Source: Monocercomonoides exilis PA203
Taxonomy: Eukaryota > Protista > Preaxostyla
Length of the DNA: 64,000 nucleotides
Reading direction: 5' to 3'
NCBI GenBank assembly: GCA_001643675.2
Contig: LSRY02000030.1
Span: 186,001-250,000 of the forward strand
Part shown: positions 47,601 to 61,620 of the stretch, piece after piece
How the letters are laid out: each line of letters starts with the position of its first letter
Numbering within the stretch: position 1 is the first letter of the stretch
The notes under the pieces: model-generated
What the model was told of the DNA's origin: nothing
Database searches by the model: none
Seen by the model: only the letters and a program-made list of their open reading frames with translations
Program-made: the position numbers and the translations under genes

Positions 47601-50255
47601 TTATCCTTCATTTTTTTCCATTCAACTTCAAACAGGTCTTTAAAAATAATTTGGCAATTATGTATTCTTCCACCCCATGTGTGCTAATAACAGATGAATC
47701 AGCTCTCGTGATGGATTCCTGCGCTTCTCACCAAAATTCTGCTTCTCCTCTTCATTTAAATATCGGGACAATATGCCTCACAAACTTGAGTGAATTATCG
47801 CAAAAGAATTTTAACCCTTCCGGCCTCATGTTTTCATCTGATGATTCAAATTTTGTTGTTATGAGAAATTTCATCGTTACAGGCCTGACTGTTTCATCAT
47901 CGAGTTATTTCCTATTGTCTGGAAAGAGCAAAATGGAACAGATTCATGATTGTGCCTTCAGGAACATGTCTGTGAAATATGACAAAAACAGTGACCATCA
48001 AATGGACCACTCATGCTTGTTGAGTTTGATGGAGAACAGCCTCATTTATGCATGTGTGAATGCCTTTGAAGGAGTGATTTCGAGTGGATCGCTTTCTTCA
48101 CTTAAATTCATCTGCAGAAACACAACAATAAACTTCGGAAAAAGAGAAATGAATGCTCTTCAGAAAAAAGAACGGATGGATACAACAGAAAGCCAAACAT
48201 TTTTATCATGCGAGTGGGTTGATTGCACAGCACCACAAGGAGGTGCCCTTTATGTGCACGATAATGCAAACGCCATTCTGAAAGTTGAGAATTCTTCATT
48301 AACACGATGCAATGCTTCCTCGACAAGAGGTGGCGGAATATTTGCTCAAAGAATTGCTGAATGCATTGTGCTTCATTCAACATTTGATCAATGTGTTGCA
48401 TATGGTTCTTCAGATTGGGGTGGAGGAGGGATTCAGTTTGAAATAATTTATGTTCAACCACTGGTTGAGGATTGTTTATTTTATAATTGCTCTTCTGCTG
48501 ATGATGGAGGAGCTATATATTTTTATCAAACAAAAACAGAAAGACAGAAAGTGGGCGTTGTGAATTCCTTTTTTGACAACTGTCAATGCAATTCTTCAAT
48601 AAATGGTGCAGGAGGGGCAATTATTCATTGGGGTTGCACTGATCAAGTTATTTTTTCAAATTGTTTATTTTGTCATTGCTTTGCAATGTGCTGGGAAGTA
48701 GCTGTATGCATAGAAATTAAATCAAATAACATGGGGATTTTATTTTTATATTGCTTTTTTCACAGCAACACGTGTGGAAAATTGGGACATGATTTATCTC
48801 TGCAAGACTCAACCTCAAATAATATTGATCCAACCTGCTATTCAACCAGCAAAACGACAAATAGAGTTTGTACAAATTTTTATTCAAACGTTGATCACAG
48901 TGAATGGCTTCGCAAAGATTTTGGAAATGTGAGATTTGTGTCATCAACTGATTCGCAACCAAAAGGCAACGACACGTATGCATGTGGGCTGGATAAATCT
49001 AATCCATGCAGCACGATCAGCCGTTGCCTCACACAACTCATTCCAGACTTGGTTCCCAATGTGGAAGTTTCTTCAGGAACGATAATCGAAACAAATAGTT
49101 TTGATTGTGGCATCAACACTTTTGCAGTTTATGGTCAAAGCAATATGAGCACAGCAATCCAAACCGAATTTGAAGCATCTGGGCCGTCTCTATTTTCAGT
49201 CTCCATAGGAACGTTGACTGTCAGGGATTTTATTCTTGTGCATGACTCGGCTCATGCAAATAACCGTGGGTCAAGGCTGTTTGAGATAAGTGGAGCAGGG
49301 GAAATATCAATAAGAAGATTGAATATATCTTTTGTGAGCGAACAATCAACAGAAACAGCATTTTCGATAGAACTGATAAATGTTCAGAGTGGGATGTTTC
49401 AGATGGGACATGTGAACTGGGCAAAGACGATTTCCAGAAATTCATTGATTTCGCTTTCTTCAGCAAATGAGATTTCCTTGACGCTTTCAGAGTGCACCTT
49501 TTCTCAGATGGAAAGAACAACGAATGGAGCAGCTGTGATGTCGTTTTCCAACGACAAGTCAAATATTGATGTGAATTCGAGCACTTTTGAAGGATGTGGA
49601 AGCAGAACATCAACTGATGGGGGATCGATGATGCTATGTGTTGGGAATGAGAATGAAGTGAAAGTGAAAGGCGGATCTTTTGATGGATGCTTTTGTTCGT
49701 CATCAAATGGATTTGGGGGAGGAATTCTTCTTCGATTATTGAATGAAAATCCAGATTTCCTGATTTCTTCTTCATTTGGAACGAACATAGCCAAATGGGG
49801 AAGAGATATTTTTGTCATTTCACCAGATCTGGAAGAAACTGCAAAGTCACAAAAAATCACAAGTGTTATTGCTTCATCAGATTCTGCTGACAGAGTGCGA
49901 GGATACGACAACGGCAATACGAGTGTGACCATTCCTTTGTGCATCTATCTCATACCCATCCCAGAAGAAATACATGTAAGCAATTCGAAGGCATCCGATC
50001 ACTCACATTGTGGGATTGTTCAATTCCCTTGTTTGACTATGAATCATTTAGTCACAAGACAAACATGAACAAAGAAAGTTGTTGTGAATGGAATGATTGT
50101 GATGAGCGATGAATTGACATTTGGTTAACAGAGACATGAAATCCGAGGAAATGATGATCAGAGTGGTTGGACAGTCTCTGATTCAAGTGAAACATCAAAC
50201 TCCACAACGATAACAGCAGGTGTTGAAACGATTCTATCAAAGCTCATCATCATCT
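47600..50255 (+). pseudogene. Truncated beta-helix (GGAI-repeat) surface protein paralog
   Basis: Motifs: QGGALYV, RGGGIFA, DGGAIYF, AGGAII, CGLDKSNPCSTI, AKWGRDIFV, CGIVQFPCLT. The frame continues past TGA 50066 and TAA ~50126 (TKKVVVNGMIVMSDELTFG*QRHEIRG..) and is cut at ~50255 by simple-sequence DNA. Confidence 0.8.
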
Positions 50256-51300
50256 CTCTTTCTTTCTTTCTTCTCTTTCTTCTTCTTCTCTTTCTTCTTC
50301 ATTTCTCTCTCTCTCTTTCTTCTTTCTTCTTCATTATTACTTTTATTATTATTATTATTTTCTTCTTCTTCTTCTTCTCTTTCTTCTTCTTCTCTTTCTC
50401 TCTCTCTTTCTCTCTCTTCATTGCTATTTCTATCAAATTCAATGTTTTTCATTTCATTTTCATCGATTTCTTTGTTTTGTGAATGTAAAAAAGAAAAAGA
50501 TGGACGAAGAGGAGAAGAGGAAGAGATAGAGGAGGAAGTAGAAAGATAAGAAGAAGAAGATAAAGAAGAAGAAGAAGAAACATTTGAAGAGGAGGAAGAA
50601 GAAGAAGATGATGATGATGACGTTATTTTTGAACGACCCATCATTTCTGATTCAATCAGAGGAGGTGAAATGGACAAAGATTGATTTTGTGAATGAAATT
50701 GGTCTGTTTTTGAATGAAGTGAAGAAGAAAGAGAAGAAGATGAAGAAGATGAAGAAGAGGAAGAAGAGGAAGAAGAGGAGGAAGAAGAAAGGAAGAATAA
50801 TAAATTGTTGTGTGTTGGAGTAAATAAAGAATCTTGTGGTGAAACAAAAGAAGAAGTCAATAAGGGTGATGCGGAAGGTGATGCTGAAGAAGAAGAAGAA
50901 GAAGAAGAAGAAGAAGAAGAAGAAGAAGAAGAAGAAGAAGAAGAAGGATTAGAAGAAGAAGAAGAAGCTGAAGGCAGAGAAGATGAAGAGGTTGTGAGAG
51001 GAGGAGGAGAAGGCGCGGCAGATGGAGCGGGAGAAGGAGGAAGAGTGAGAGAGACGGGAGAGACGGGAGAGGGAGGAGAATGAAGTGAGAGAAGACGCAG
51101 AGCGAGCGCGGGTGATGATGCTGAAGAAGGAGGAGGAAGAGGAGGACTCGTCGAGCTCGGAATAGTCGAGCAGCACAGACTCGTCAGAGGAAGGAGGAGG
51201 GGGAGGAGGAGAAGAAGAAGAATTTGCAGGAAAAAGAAGATGAATAAGCGATTTGACATACGCTAGCCGAACAGAATGGGCGGATGACTGAAAAACGGGA
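50255..51300 (-). other. Low-complexity (GAA/TCT) tract, possibly a fragment of a Ser/Glu-rich gene
   Basis: The 340 aa minus-strand ORF is almost entirely poly-S/E/K; (GAA)n run at ~50886-50945. Confidence 0.45.
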
Positions 51301-51350
51301 AGAGACGAGGCAGCATCTCATGAAACTTAGACACGAATGAGAAGAAAGAG

Positions 51351-54300
51351 GAAGAAGAAGAATGAACACTTCCACAGCAAAAATTTCTTCCTTTTTTTTC
51401 CTTCAAAATACTGCCACATCATCAAATATGATGACTTGGTCATGAAATTCACTTTCTTTCCTCTTTCAGGCGATGCTGATGAAGGTTGGCTCATGAAATC
51501 TGAAGCCAATAAATCAGCTCCTGTGGCTGTTCTCTTTCTTTTTAAAGGCATCATCATCATTTCTATTTGCCTTTCTCCTCTTCAGATCCTTCCCAATAAA
51601 CACATCCTCAACTTTGGTTCAGACCCATTGTGTGCTTTTATTCCACCTCATTTCTCTTTTTCATCGTCATTTCTTCTCTTCCACAATTTTTCCTCGTTCT
51701 TCGTTATTTCTTTGCCTTTCTGCCTTTTCCCTAAAATACCATCTCCAAAAAGAAATCTGAAAGAAAATGAGTTAAATGACTTTTATTTCCTTGTGGCATA
51801 AGGAAATGAAGACAAAAACAGATGTGAAATTTCCAATCCAAAACATTATTGAAAAACAAAAAAAAATTTTTTCATGAAAATATTCGAGAAAAACAAACAT
51901 TCAACAGACATTCGTTGCTGTTGCATTTCTTCCTGCAGCCCCTTTGACTTTCCACAAATATCCATTTTTGGTTTGTTCAGCTTTTGTAATCTTTCCTTTT
52001 TCTCAAATTGTATCATTTTCTGCCCTGTTTGCAAAATAAAATCAAATGAATGAATAAAACACCCAATTGAAATATCTCATATGAATTAATACCACACTGT
52101 CCATCTCGTTGGACGAGAGTGTCCCATTTCAGCCATCCAACGCTTCAGCAAATAACAATCAAGAAATAACAATTCCAAAATGCCTCTGGTGACTGCAAAT
52201 GAAAAAATTACACATACACATGAAAACAAAATATGAAAAGTCTCTTCAAAAAACTTTCATTGAACACACCTCATCTGTTCCTCAGATAAATGAATTCCAA
52301 AAAGAAAAATGCTTCTCCAATTCTCACTTTCCAAATAACAAGGGCAACTCGCCCAGATGATTAAAAACAAATATGATGACAGGTGGAAAATGTTTAACAG
52401 CTTCTCTCTTTGTATTAATGAAAATATCAAATCATCAACATTTTTAGTCAATCATTTTGTATTATTCAAATGATCAAACAATAAAGGAAATTTCACTCAT
52501 TCAAAACTCATCAAAATGAATATAATAAAATATTTTGCTTTATTCTTGAACAAGAAGTTTTTTTTACTTTTTCAAATTTTAAATTATTGCACCCATTCTT
52601 ATAAAGAAGAAATCCGGAAAAAAAGAAAAGAGTCTTATTCGTGCAGATAAGTTCCTATGCTGTCTGGAATATGTTACGTTAATTGCATTATATGTGTGCA
52701 ATGCCTGTGCAATGGTGCCACAAATGAAGAAACAGAAATGATGGAGAAATCAATGATTGAAAGAAAAACAGATTATTTGGGAAACTCTTTGTTTGAGAGC
52801 CTTCAAAAGGATGCAGATGGAGAAAAAAACAAGTTTGAATTATTTATTGAAGGGAATGAAGGTGAAATTGAAGAAAATGAAAAACAAGAAAAATCAAAGA
52901 AAAATTATCAAAAAATGGAAGATGAAAGAAACGACCAAAATGGGAAAGTGAATTCAGTCAAGATTGTGAATAATGAGCATTTTTTTGGAAAAGGAGAAAT
53001 GAAAAAAATTGAAAGAATATTTGAAGAAAGTGAGATTGAAGGGTGCTTGATTCTAATTAATTCTTCAGTGAAGCTCAAATCATTGGATCTGATTCAACAC
53101 GATGAGAGAAATGTTATCAAAGCAGAGATCGGAAGTTTTGTTGAATTGAATGATTGCGATTTTGTGATGGGTAGTGAAGTGTCTCCATTATGCCTGACTG
53201 GAGGTTGTGGGCTGTTCACCAACATTTCACTCAGTTCATCTTCAACTGGGTTTTTGAAGTCATTTCCATCTCTCTTTTCTTCAGAAACGTTAAAAGAGAA
53301 GTTTTCGGAAAAATGTTCTGTTTCTGTTTGTTCATCTCATTTTTCATCTTTTTGTGTCTCATCAACCCCCTTTCTTTCATCACCGTCCATTCCTCTTGTA
53401 TCCCTTTCCAAACTCACATTTTTCAACATCTCAACAGCACCTGGCCCGTGCTTGCCTTCAACCACAACATCAACCCAAACAACATGTCTGATGAATAGTT
53501 GTTCATTTACGTCTGTTTGTGACGTTTATGATGGGGGAATTGTTCCCTCCATCAACAACCCCTATGCCTCTTTGACTGCCTCAAACGCCTCGTTTGTTGG
53601 GTGTTGCAGAACAAGGAATGTTGAATGCACTGGAACTTCAGAAGGAAAGTTGACTCCAGGGAGACAGAATACAACGGATAACGGAGCGAATACATTCACT
53701 TGGTGCGAATGGAATGGATCGAAGGCAACAGGAAAAGGTGAAACATATGCCGATGGCACTTCGAACGGTGGCGCAATATTCATGTATGGTCAATCGTCCG
53801 CAACTGTTTCAGTTTCGCATTGTGCATTCAATGGTTGCGTTGCATATGCGTTTGGAGGAGGGATCATGTGCCATTCAATCAAATCTGTTGAAGTGATTGA
53901 CACTCAGTTCAATACTTGCTCTTCTCAAAGTTATTATGGAGGAGGAATACATGTTCACACCATTTCATCGTGTGTCAGGATCAGTAAATGCGAATTTCAG
54001 AACTGTCAAGCAGTTTACAATGGAGGAGGCTTGAGATTGGAAAAAGTTAACATTGAAGGTTCTAGATGTGCTGAGGAATATGGTGGAAAAGGAGAAAGTA
54101 CTTGCGTTTTTGACTGTATTTTCTCTTCGTGCTCAGTAACGTATAGCTATGGTGGAGGGATGTGTTGCTACGATCTTTCTCCACTTTTCAAAGTTAGAAG
54201 TGTACAGTTCATCTCATGTTCAGCAGGATCGGATGGAGGAGGGTTTCATATTAATCCAAGTCGACAAAACGCTCCAGATGATAAGACATATTGTTTGTTC

Positions 54301-57300
54301 TTTTTCTTTCAAGGATGCAATTGTTTATCAAATCGCATATACGGTCGTGATATTTCTTATGCAGATGCAAACAGTATTTTCTTGTATTCTGGAAATCCAT
54401 TCTTTGAATGTTTCACAACAAATACAGATGAAGAGAGAGTCAGTTATATGTTCAATCAATCTTCTTCAGACAATTGGAATTTTCAGTACACAGAAAAAAA
54501 GAATTGGCTGAATGAATGGTCGAAGATTTTGTTTATCGGGGTGAATGGAAATGACTCGAGTGGGTTGTGTGGGATGAGTGAGTCAACAGCTTGCCAAACA
54601 ATCGGTCATGCAGTGGTAACGGGCTTGGAAGAGTTGGGCTCATCGGTGACGCTGATGGAAGGGAATCACACGAGCGAGACAACAACAATTGATATTGGGA
54701 CAAAGAAGATTTCGGTTATTGGGATGGGCAAAGAGAAGAGTGTAATTGAAATGAAATTTCTTTCATCATCAGGAACTCTGTTCAGTGTGATAACAGGTCA
54801 CCTTGGTTTATTGCACATGAAGATTGATTGCAACTCAGCTGCAGAAACTTCGCCGAGTGTGGTTGTGGTATCTGATGGGAGTGGGTCACTCTCATTGGAG
54901 GATGTTGTGATCACCAGGAGTAAAACAGCAGACTATGTGATGTCGTCGTCAGTGTTTGTGGTGCTGCTATCACAGCTGTCGATGGTTGATGTGGAGATAA
55001 AAGATATGAATGCGTCAGAACCATTGTTCTCTGAACCTGTTTTATCTTCTTCATTGTCGTCATCTGCCCTGTTTTTGAGAGCCACTTCATCTGGAGATAG
55101 CGTGTTGGCGAATGTGAAAGTGAAGAATGTGAGATTGATTGAAGGAGATGGGGTGGTTGTGGCAAAGAGTGTGAAGGCAGGAGAGACGTTTGTGGTCAAG
55201 AATATGACAATCGAAGATTGTGAGTGTGAGAATGGCAGTGGAGGAGGGATCAAGGTTGAGTTGGAAACAGATGCAAGCAAGCTTCAGGTTGAAACATCAA
55301 CATTCAAGAGATGCAGAAGTGGCAAATATGGAGGAGGGATGATGCTGCATCTGGCTGACAATTCGATTGACTTCTTGATTGTGTCAGTTGACTTTTCAGG
55401 GTGCTCTGCCTCATTTGGAGGGAATTATGTGTTTGTGAATGGGAGCAATTCAGCGAGATGGGGAATAAGCTCCTCAACGCTGAATGTCCAACATGAAGAT
55501 TCAAAATACAATGAGCTGGTGGGATATGATCGGAGTGATTCGACAATGGGGCTGTTCCCACTGAATGTGTATTTGGACAGATATCCAAGTGCAGCACATG
55601 TGGGGAAGGGGAAGAATGGGCTTGGTGGATACGACTCGTGGTTCTGTGGGTTTGACTATTATCCGTGTGCCACCATCACCCATGCAGCGCAGATGAGATA
55701 TGCAGACACAAACAAGAAGATCGAATTGGATTCAGGATTTGAGCTTTGTGAGGCAGTTGGAATGACAGATGGCTGTGAATGGGAGATTTCTTGTGCGACA
55801 AAAGGGATGGAGGTTGGGGTGAAAGCACCAGTGAATTTTGAGTCATCTTGTCTGATTGAGGTGTTGAGCAAATGTTCAATAAGAAACATCAAGTTCTGCA
55901 TTCCATCTGCTCTGTCTGGTGCATCGTCATCATCCCTGATCACATCCAATTCCACTCTCCTCACGCTCACTGACTGTTCTGTTGTTTGTTCCTCTGAGAA
56001 TCCCATTGGATATAGCTTTGTGAATGTGGTTGGGGGAAAAGTGAAAGTTGAGGGATTGGTGATCACAGAGACCTTGAGATTTGGAGAACATTCGCTGATT
56101 GAGTTTGGTGAAGGGGTGGAATCAGTTGTGTTTTGTGGATGTGAGGTGAACAACATTGAGAAGAGAAGTGGAGATGGGGGATGGGTGAGTGGAGTGGTTG
56201 GAGCAGAGAGGGATGAGGGGAAGAATGGGATAATTGTGATTGAGTCGTGTGTTGTGAAGGGGTGCAGGTGTGTTTGTGGAAGAGGAGGAGGGATGTGTGT
56301 TGTTGTGAAAGGGGAAGGGAGTGTTGTTGTGAATGGGAGTTGTGTGATTGATGGGTGTGAGGCGAAGGGTTCAGGGGAGAGTTCAGATGGGAGAAGTGAA
56401 GGGAGAGGGGGAGGGATGATGATTGCGATGGAGGGCAGGGATGGTTCATTGAAAATTGAATCTGGAATTCAGAGTTTGTTTGGAGAGAATAACAAAGCTC
56501 AATATGGGAAGGATGTGTTTGTTGAATGTGGTGGAGGAGTGTTGTTGGAGTCGAAAGTGAATGGGAGTTCATTTTCATTTTTTGATTCAAGTGTGATTCC
56601 AACAGATGTGTTGAAGTTGTGTGGGAGTGAGAATGGGAGAGAAGGGGAAGTGATTCCGCTGTTTGTGTATTTGTGTTCAATTGGAACAAAGCTGAGAGTT
56701 GATGGGAGAGGAGAGAGGGCACTGGATCAGAGCCATTGTGGGTTTGAGGAGTTTGGGTGTTTGACGATTGACTATTGTGTTGGGAAGAGAGCGAGCATCA
56801 ATGTGAATGAAATCGAAGTTGTGTCAGAATCATGGATAAAGAATGAGATGAAAGTGGTTTCATTTGAGGTTCATGTTTCAGGGAAAGAAGAAGGGATGAA
56901 AGTGGTTGTGAGGGATGAAGGATCGATAAATCAAAACAACCTTATTGAATGTTCAAAATCATTTGAAATGAGATATTTGGCATTTGTGCTGAATGAAGAA
57001 ATGAATGGGAGGAGAAATGGATTTATCTACTCCTCCTCATCATCATCAACCATCACAATGACCAGCTGTTCAGTCTCATTTGGAAATGATGAAATGATTG
57101 GATTCAATGTGATTTGTATTGAGGGAGGAGGGCTGGTTGTGGATGGATTTGTGATGGAAGGGGGAGTAAGAATGAATGAGAAATCACCTATTGTTGTTTC
57201 GAATGGAGCTCAATTGGAGATTGTGAACTGCCGAATGAGTGGAGTGGAAGTTGTTGGTGGAATTGGAGGAGGAGGAGGAGGATGTTTGAATGTGGAGATG

Positions 57301-60300
57301 GGAGTGAATGGGATTGTGAATATTGAAGGATGCAATTTGTCATCAGTGTGCTCAGGGGGGAGTGGGACGAAAGGAGGAGGGATGATGATATCAGTTGGGA
57401 AGGGAGGAAGTTTGGAAATGAAAAATGTGAAGTTTGAAGGATGTGAAGTGCCAACAGAGGATATTGAGGATGGAGGGAGAGGAATGGGAGGAGGGATGTT
57501 TGTGAAGCTGGCAGATGAGATGGGAACATTTGTTCTTGAAGGGATGGGATTTGAGGGATGCAATGCCTGGAAAGGGAAGAATGTGTTTATGTCAGGATGG
57601 GATCTGAGAGAGATTGTGAGTGAGGAGCACCTGAAATGGAAGATAAAGGAAGAGGAGCTGAGATCATTGGATGAGCTGTGTGGATGGGAGAGGAAGACAA
57701 CAGGAGAGGAGGGATATGTGATTCCATTGGTTGTGTATTTGTGGAGGAACTGGAGTGGGGATGGGTTTGTTTCTCGAGAGAAAGGAGGAGACTTCAGTGG
57801 GTGTGGGTATTCAGAAGCACCATGCTCATCGATTGATCACTTGATATCATTGAGATATCCAACACTTGGAGGAGGTGATACACATATTGCGATTGTGGGA
57901 TCAGGGTTGCTGAGCCATTCCATTTCATTTTCATTTTCATCTTCCTCTTTTTCATCATCAATATCAGAGTCACCAAAAGTGGTGATTGAAGGGACAAAGA
58001 AAGGGACAAGCGTGGAAATTTCTGATGAAGATGAGAATGATTTGTCTGATGGTTCAATGATATCATCGAATATGAGTTTGTCATTTGTAAATGTGTCATT
58101 CACCAAGCCAGCCATCACAACCCATCATTCAGTGTTGATTGAATCCTCTGGGACAAACACATTATTGTCTGTCTCTGACTGTTCATTTGGGCCAGGGAGA
58201 GGGGCGGCAGAAAGTTTTGGATGTTGTGTGATGAGAGTGAATGGGGGGAGTGTATTGATTGAGAGGTGTTCGTTGAGTTTGATTTCAGAGTTGAAAGGGT
58301 TGATTGCGTTCAGGCCAAGTGCAGGTGAGGTGACTGTTCAGAATGTGAACATCTCATTTGCCGATGTGACAGAAAGGAGTCTGATTTCGATGATTGAAGA
58401 GGAAAATCAGATGAATGGAGAAAGGAAGGTATTTTCAAATGGGAACAGAACAGTTTTGAGGGTTGTTGGGTGTTCATTTGCGAACATCACGAATGAAGGG
58501 ATTGGAGCAAGTGTTGTTGATGTGGGATCATATGAGAGTGGAGTGGAGTGTGTGATGGATGAGTGTTCGATGTCGAGTTGCAAGAGTGGTTTGAGCAGAG
58601 AAGGAGGGGGAATAAAAGTGGTGCTGAAGAGTGGGGAGTCAGTGTTGAAAGTGAATGGGAGCTCGTTTTCGATATGCAAGTGCTCGAGTGAAGCAGGGTG
58701 TGGAGGAGGGCTGTTTATTGATGGGTCTGACCCACATGCGAATTATGGAAATGAGAGTCAGATTCCGCCTCTGAATTTCAAGGTTGTGAACATCCTGTTT
58801 GTGATGAATGAGGCACATGTGGGGAAAGACATATTTGTCAGATGCCACTCGATTGAGCACCAGATCAACGAAACACTGTTTGCGCTGAACTACAACCAGG
58901 AGTCACTGAACTCGAACAACTCGATCTGTGGGAGGGATGTTTGGAGCGAGGGAGATGTTGATCTGATTCCGCTGATCACATTCTATTATTCGGCACAGGT
59001 GTTTGTGAGTGGGAGAGGGAGTGATGGGAGGGGGTGTGGGGCACAGAGCTGTCCGTGTGTGAGCATCGACTGTGGGGTTGAGCACATCCAGGAAGGGGTG
59101 ATGAATGGGATTCTGATTGATGGGGAAGGGTTTGTGAGGAAGGAGTGTGTGATTGGAGATCTGATTGTGAACTCATTGAAAAAGACACAGGGGATTGTTC
59201 GATTGAACTGCAAGATTGAGAAATCATCTGAGAAGGATTGTGTGATGGAGTTTGTGAATGAATGTTCAGTGGAGAGGTGCTCATTCGAGTTTGAAGATGG
59301 ATTTGAATTAACTCACAATTATCTCATGAAGGTGAAGAATGGGTCAATGGAGATGAGAAATTGTGAATTCTTCTCTTCCCCAACAACAGCAGTTGAGTTC
59401 ATGAAGTTGAACAGTTCGATTGTGAGTGTGGAAAGTGGAGAGCTGAAGATATTTGATTCAACATTCAGAGATATTCATTCAACAAGATCGGTGCTTTCAT
59501 TCCATGAAGAATCAGAAGTGACAATTGATGAAACAAGAATATTGAATATCGAATGTGAGGGAGATGTTGTGAGTGTTGGAGGGAAAGTGAAAGTGGAGAT
59601 GAAAGAGATGAAAGTTGAGAATGTGACTGTGATATCAAAGGGGTGTGTGATTGGGTTGGAAGATGCTGAGCAAGAGTTTAGTGTGCTGAACAGCTCATTT
59701 GGAAGATGTGTGAATTCGGTGAATAAGGGAAGGATGATGCAGATCAGGAATTCAAAGAATGTGAGGATTGAGATATGTGTGTTTGATGGAGAAAAAGAAA
59801 TCGAGGTTGCCAATGAAGAAAACAATGGAAAAGAAGGGTTATGCAAATGGAATGGGTCATTGGTTGACATTGAAAGCAGCGATGTGGAGATGAGGGAAAC
59901 AACAATCAGAAATAGCAAAGGAGGTGGGTTGTGGGTGAGTGGAGGGAATGTGAAGATTGAAAATGGAAAGTTTGAGAACAATAACCCATCGATTGAGGGA
60001 TATCCATCAGCCAGAAGGAATGTGATTTGTGAAGGGAATGGGGAGTTGAATGTTGTGAGTGTGAAAGGGGGAGATGGATGGGAAAGAAATACATCATTGT
60101 GGATATTGGATGAGGGATGTGAATTGGGAGGGATAGCAACTGAAAGAGGATCATCATTTTTCATCCCTGTTTTGGAAGAGGTGAAGAATATTTCTCAGCC
60201 AAATGGGAATGTGGAGTTGATGGTTCATGGAAAGCTGCTTCTGCCATGTGATTTGTCGGTGAAGATGAGCATGAAAAATGGGGATGAGGAGGAGATTGTG

Positions 60301-61620
60301 AGAAAGGGGGTTGAAGAAGAAGGGTTTGTGTCAGAAAATGAGATTCACACATTCATTTCATGTTCGGAATGGGAGAAAGTGAGAGAAGAGACAGAAGTGA
60401 GTGTGTGGATTGTGTTTGGGAAAGGAGATTCTCCTTCATCAACAGAGCGATTTATTGTGAAGAACAGGAGTGAAAGTGCTGGAAAAGGAGATGAAAGAAT
60501 TGTTGAAGGAGGGAAAGAAGGGAAATCATCATGGGCTGTTTTTTGTCTGATATTTATTGTTTTGTTTTTGATCGTTCTGATAGGATTTATTTTGTTTGTT
60601 GTTCGATGGAGAAAGGCAAAGAATGAAGCAAAAGACTTGAGAGAGATTGTGAATGACACAGTGAAGAAGGATCCGAAGGCATTTGAGATGGTGACGATGG
60701 AGATGTCACCAGAGGAGCAGTGGAGGAGGGCAGAGAAGGAGGCAGAAAAGAAGAATGAAGAGAGAATGAAGAAAAGAGTATATGACAAGACACTGGAACA
60801 TTCAGAGTCATCTGAGCATCTTCTGTCAGAGAGTGGATCAACCGAATATATATTGGGAAGAGACTCAGACAAGATTCCTCAATGGATGTTGGAGAAAGAA
60901 GAAGAAGATAATGAGACAAGAAAGCGAACTCCCTCACCTTCCATTTCATCCACTTCAACAACTGGTTCAGATTCAACATTTGTTCGAGGGGAGGATCTGT
61001 GCCCAACCACCTCGTCAATGTCGAATCTGGTGGATGCAATGGCCTGTTCATCACCCCACGAGAAGTTGATTGTGGATCTGAGGGATTCACTGTTCATGTT
61101 GTTGCATGGACTGAACAAGACAAAGGAGATGGCGATAGGCACTCTTCTGGAGAGGGAGCAGACAGCTGCTCAGATCCTGTTCTGGGTGGCCAATCTCGCA
61201 CTGCACTCCTTTGATGAAATGGAAAATGGATTATCTTCCCTCTCCACTCTGAGTCCTCACATTGTTCTGTTCTCTGAGCACATGGTCATTTGCATTGTCA
61301 TACATTCTGATCTCCTTTCTTCTGATGATTCAGACTCATCGTCCATCTCTTCATCAACTGTTGTGACATCTGCTAGTGATGATGATGATGATTCTCTGCC
61401 CTCATCTGCATTTGAGGATGAGAGCCTTTTCAAAAAAGAGTGCCCGAGATGGATGGCACCAGAGCTGCTGGTCAACAAGAAGATGGGGGCAACGAAGGAG
61501 TCAGTTGCTTTTTCGATTGGGATGATGTTGTGGGAGTGTTTGACATTGGAAATTCCGTTTGGGGAGTATGAAGGAGAGGTGGCTGGGCAGAAGATTGTGA
61601 ATGGGGAGAGGCCAGGGATG
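51351..61620 (+). repeat. Right arm of ~10.3 kb inverted segmental duplication
   Basis: Reverse-complement homolog of 9654-19915, including ~1.3 kb of upstream sequence. Confidence 0.95.
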
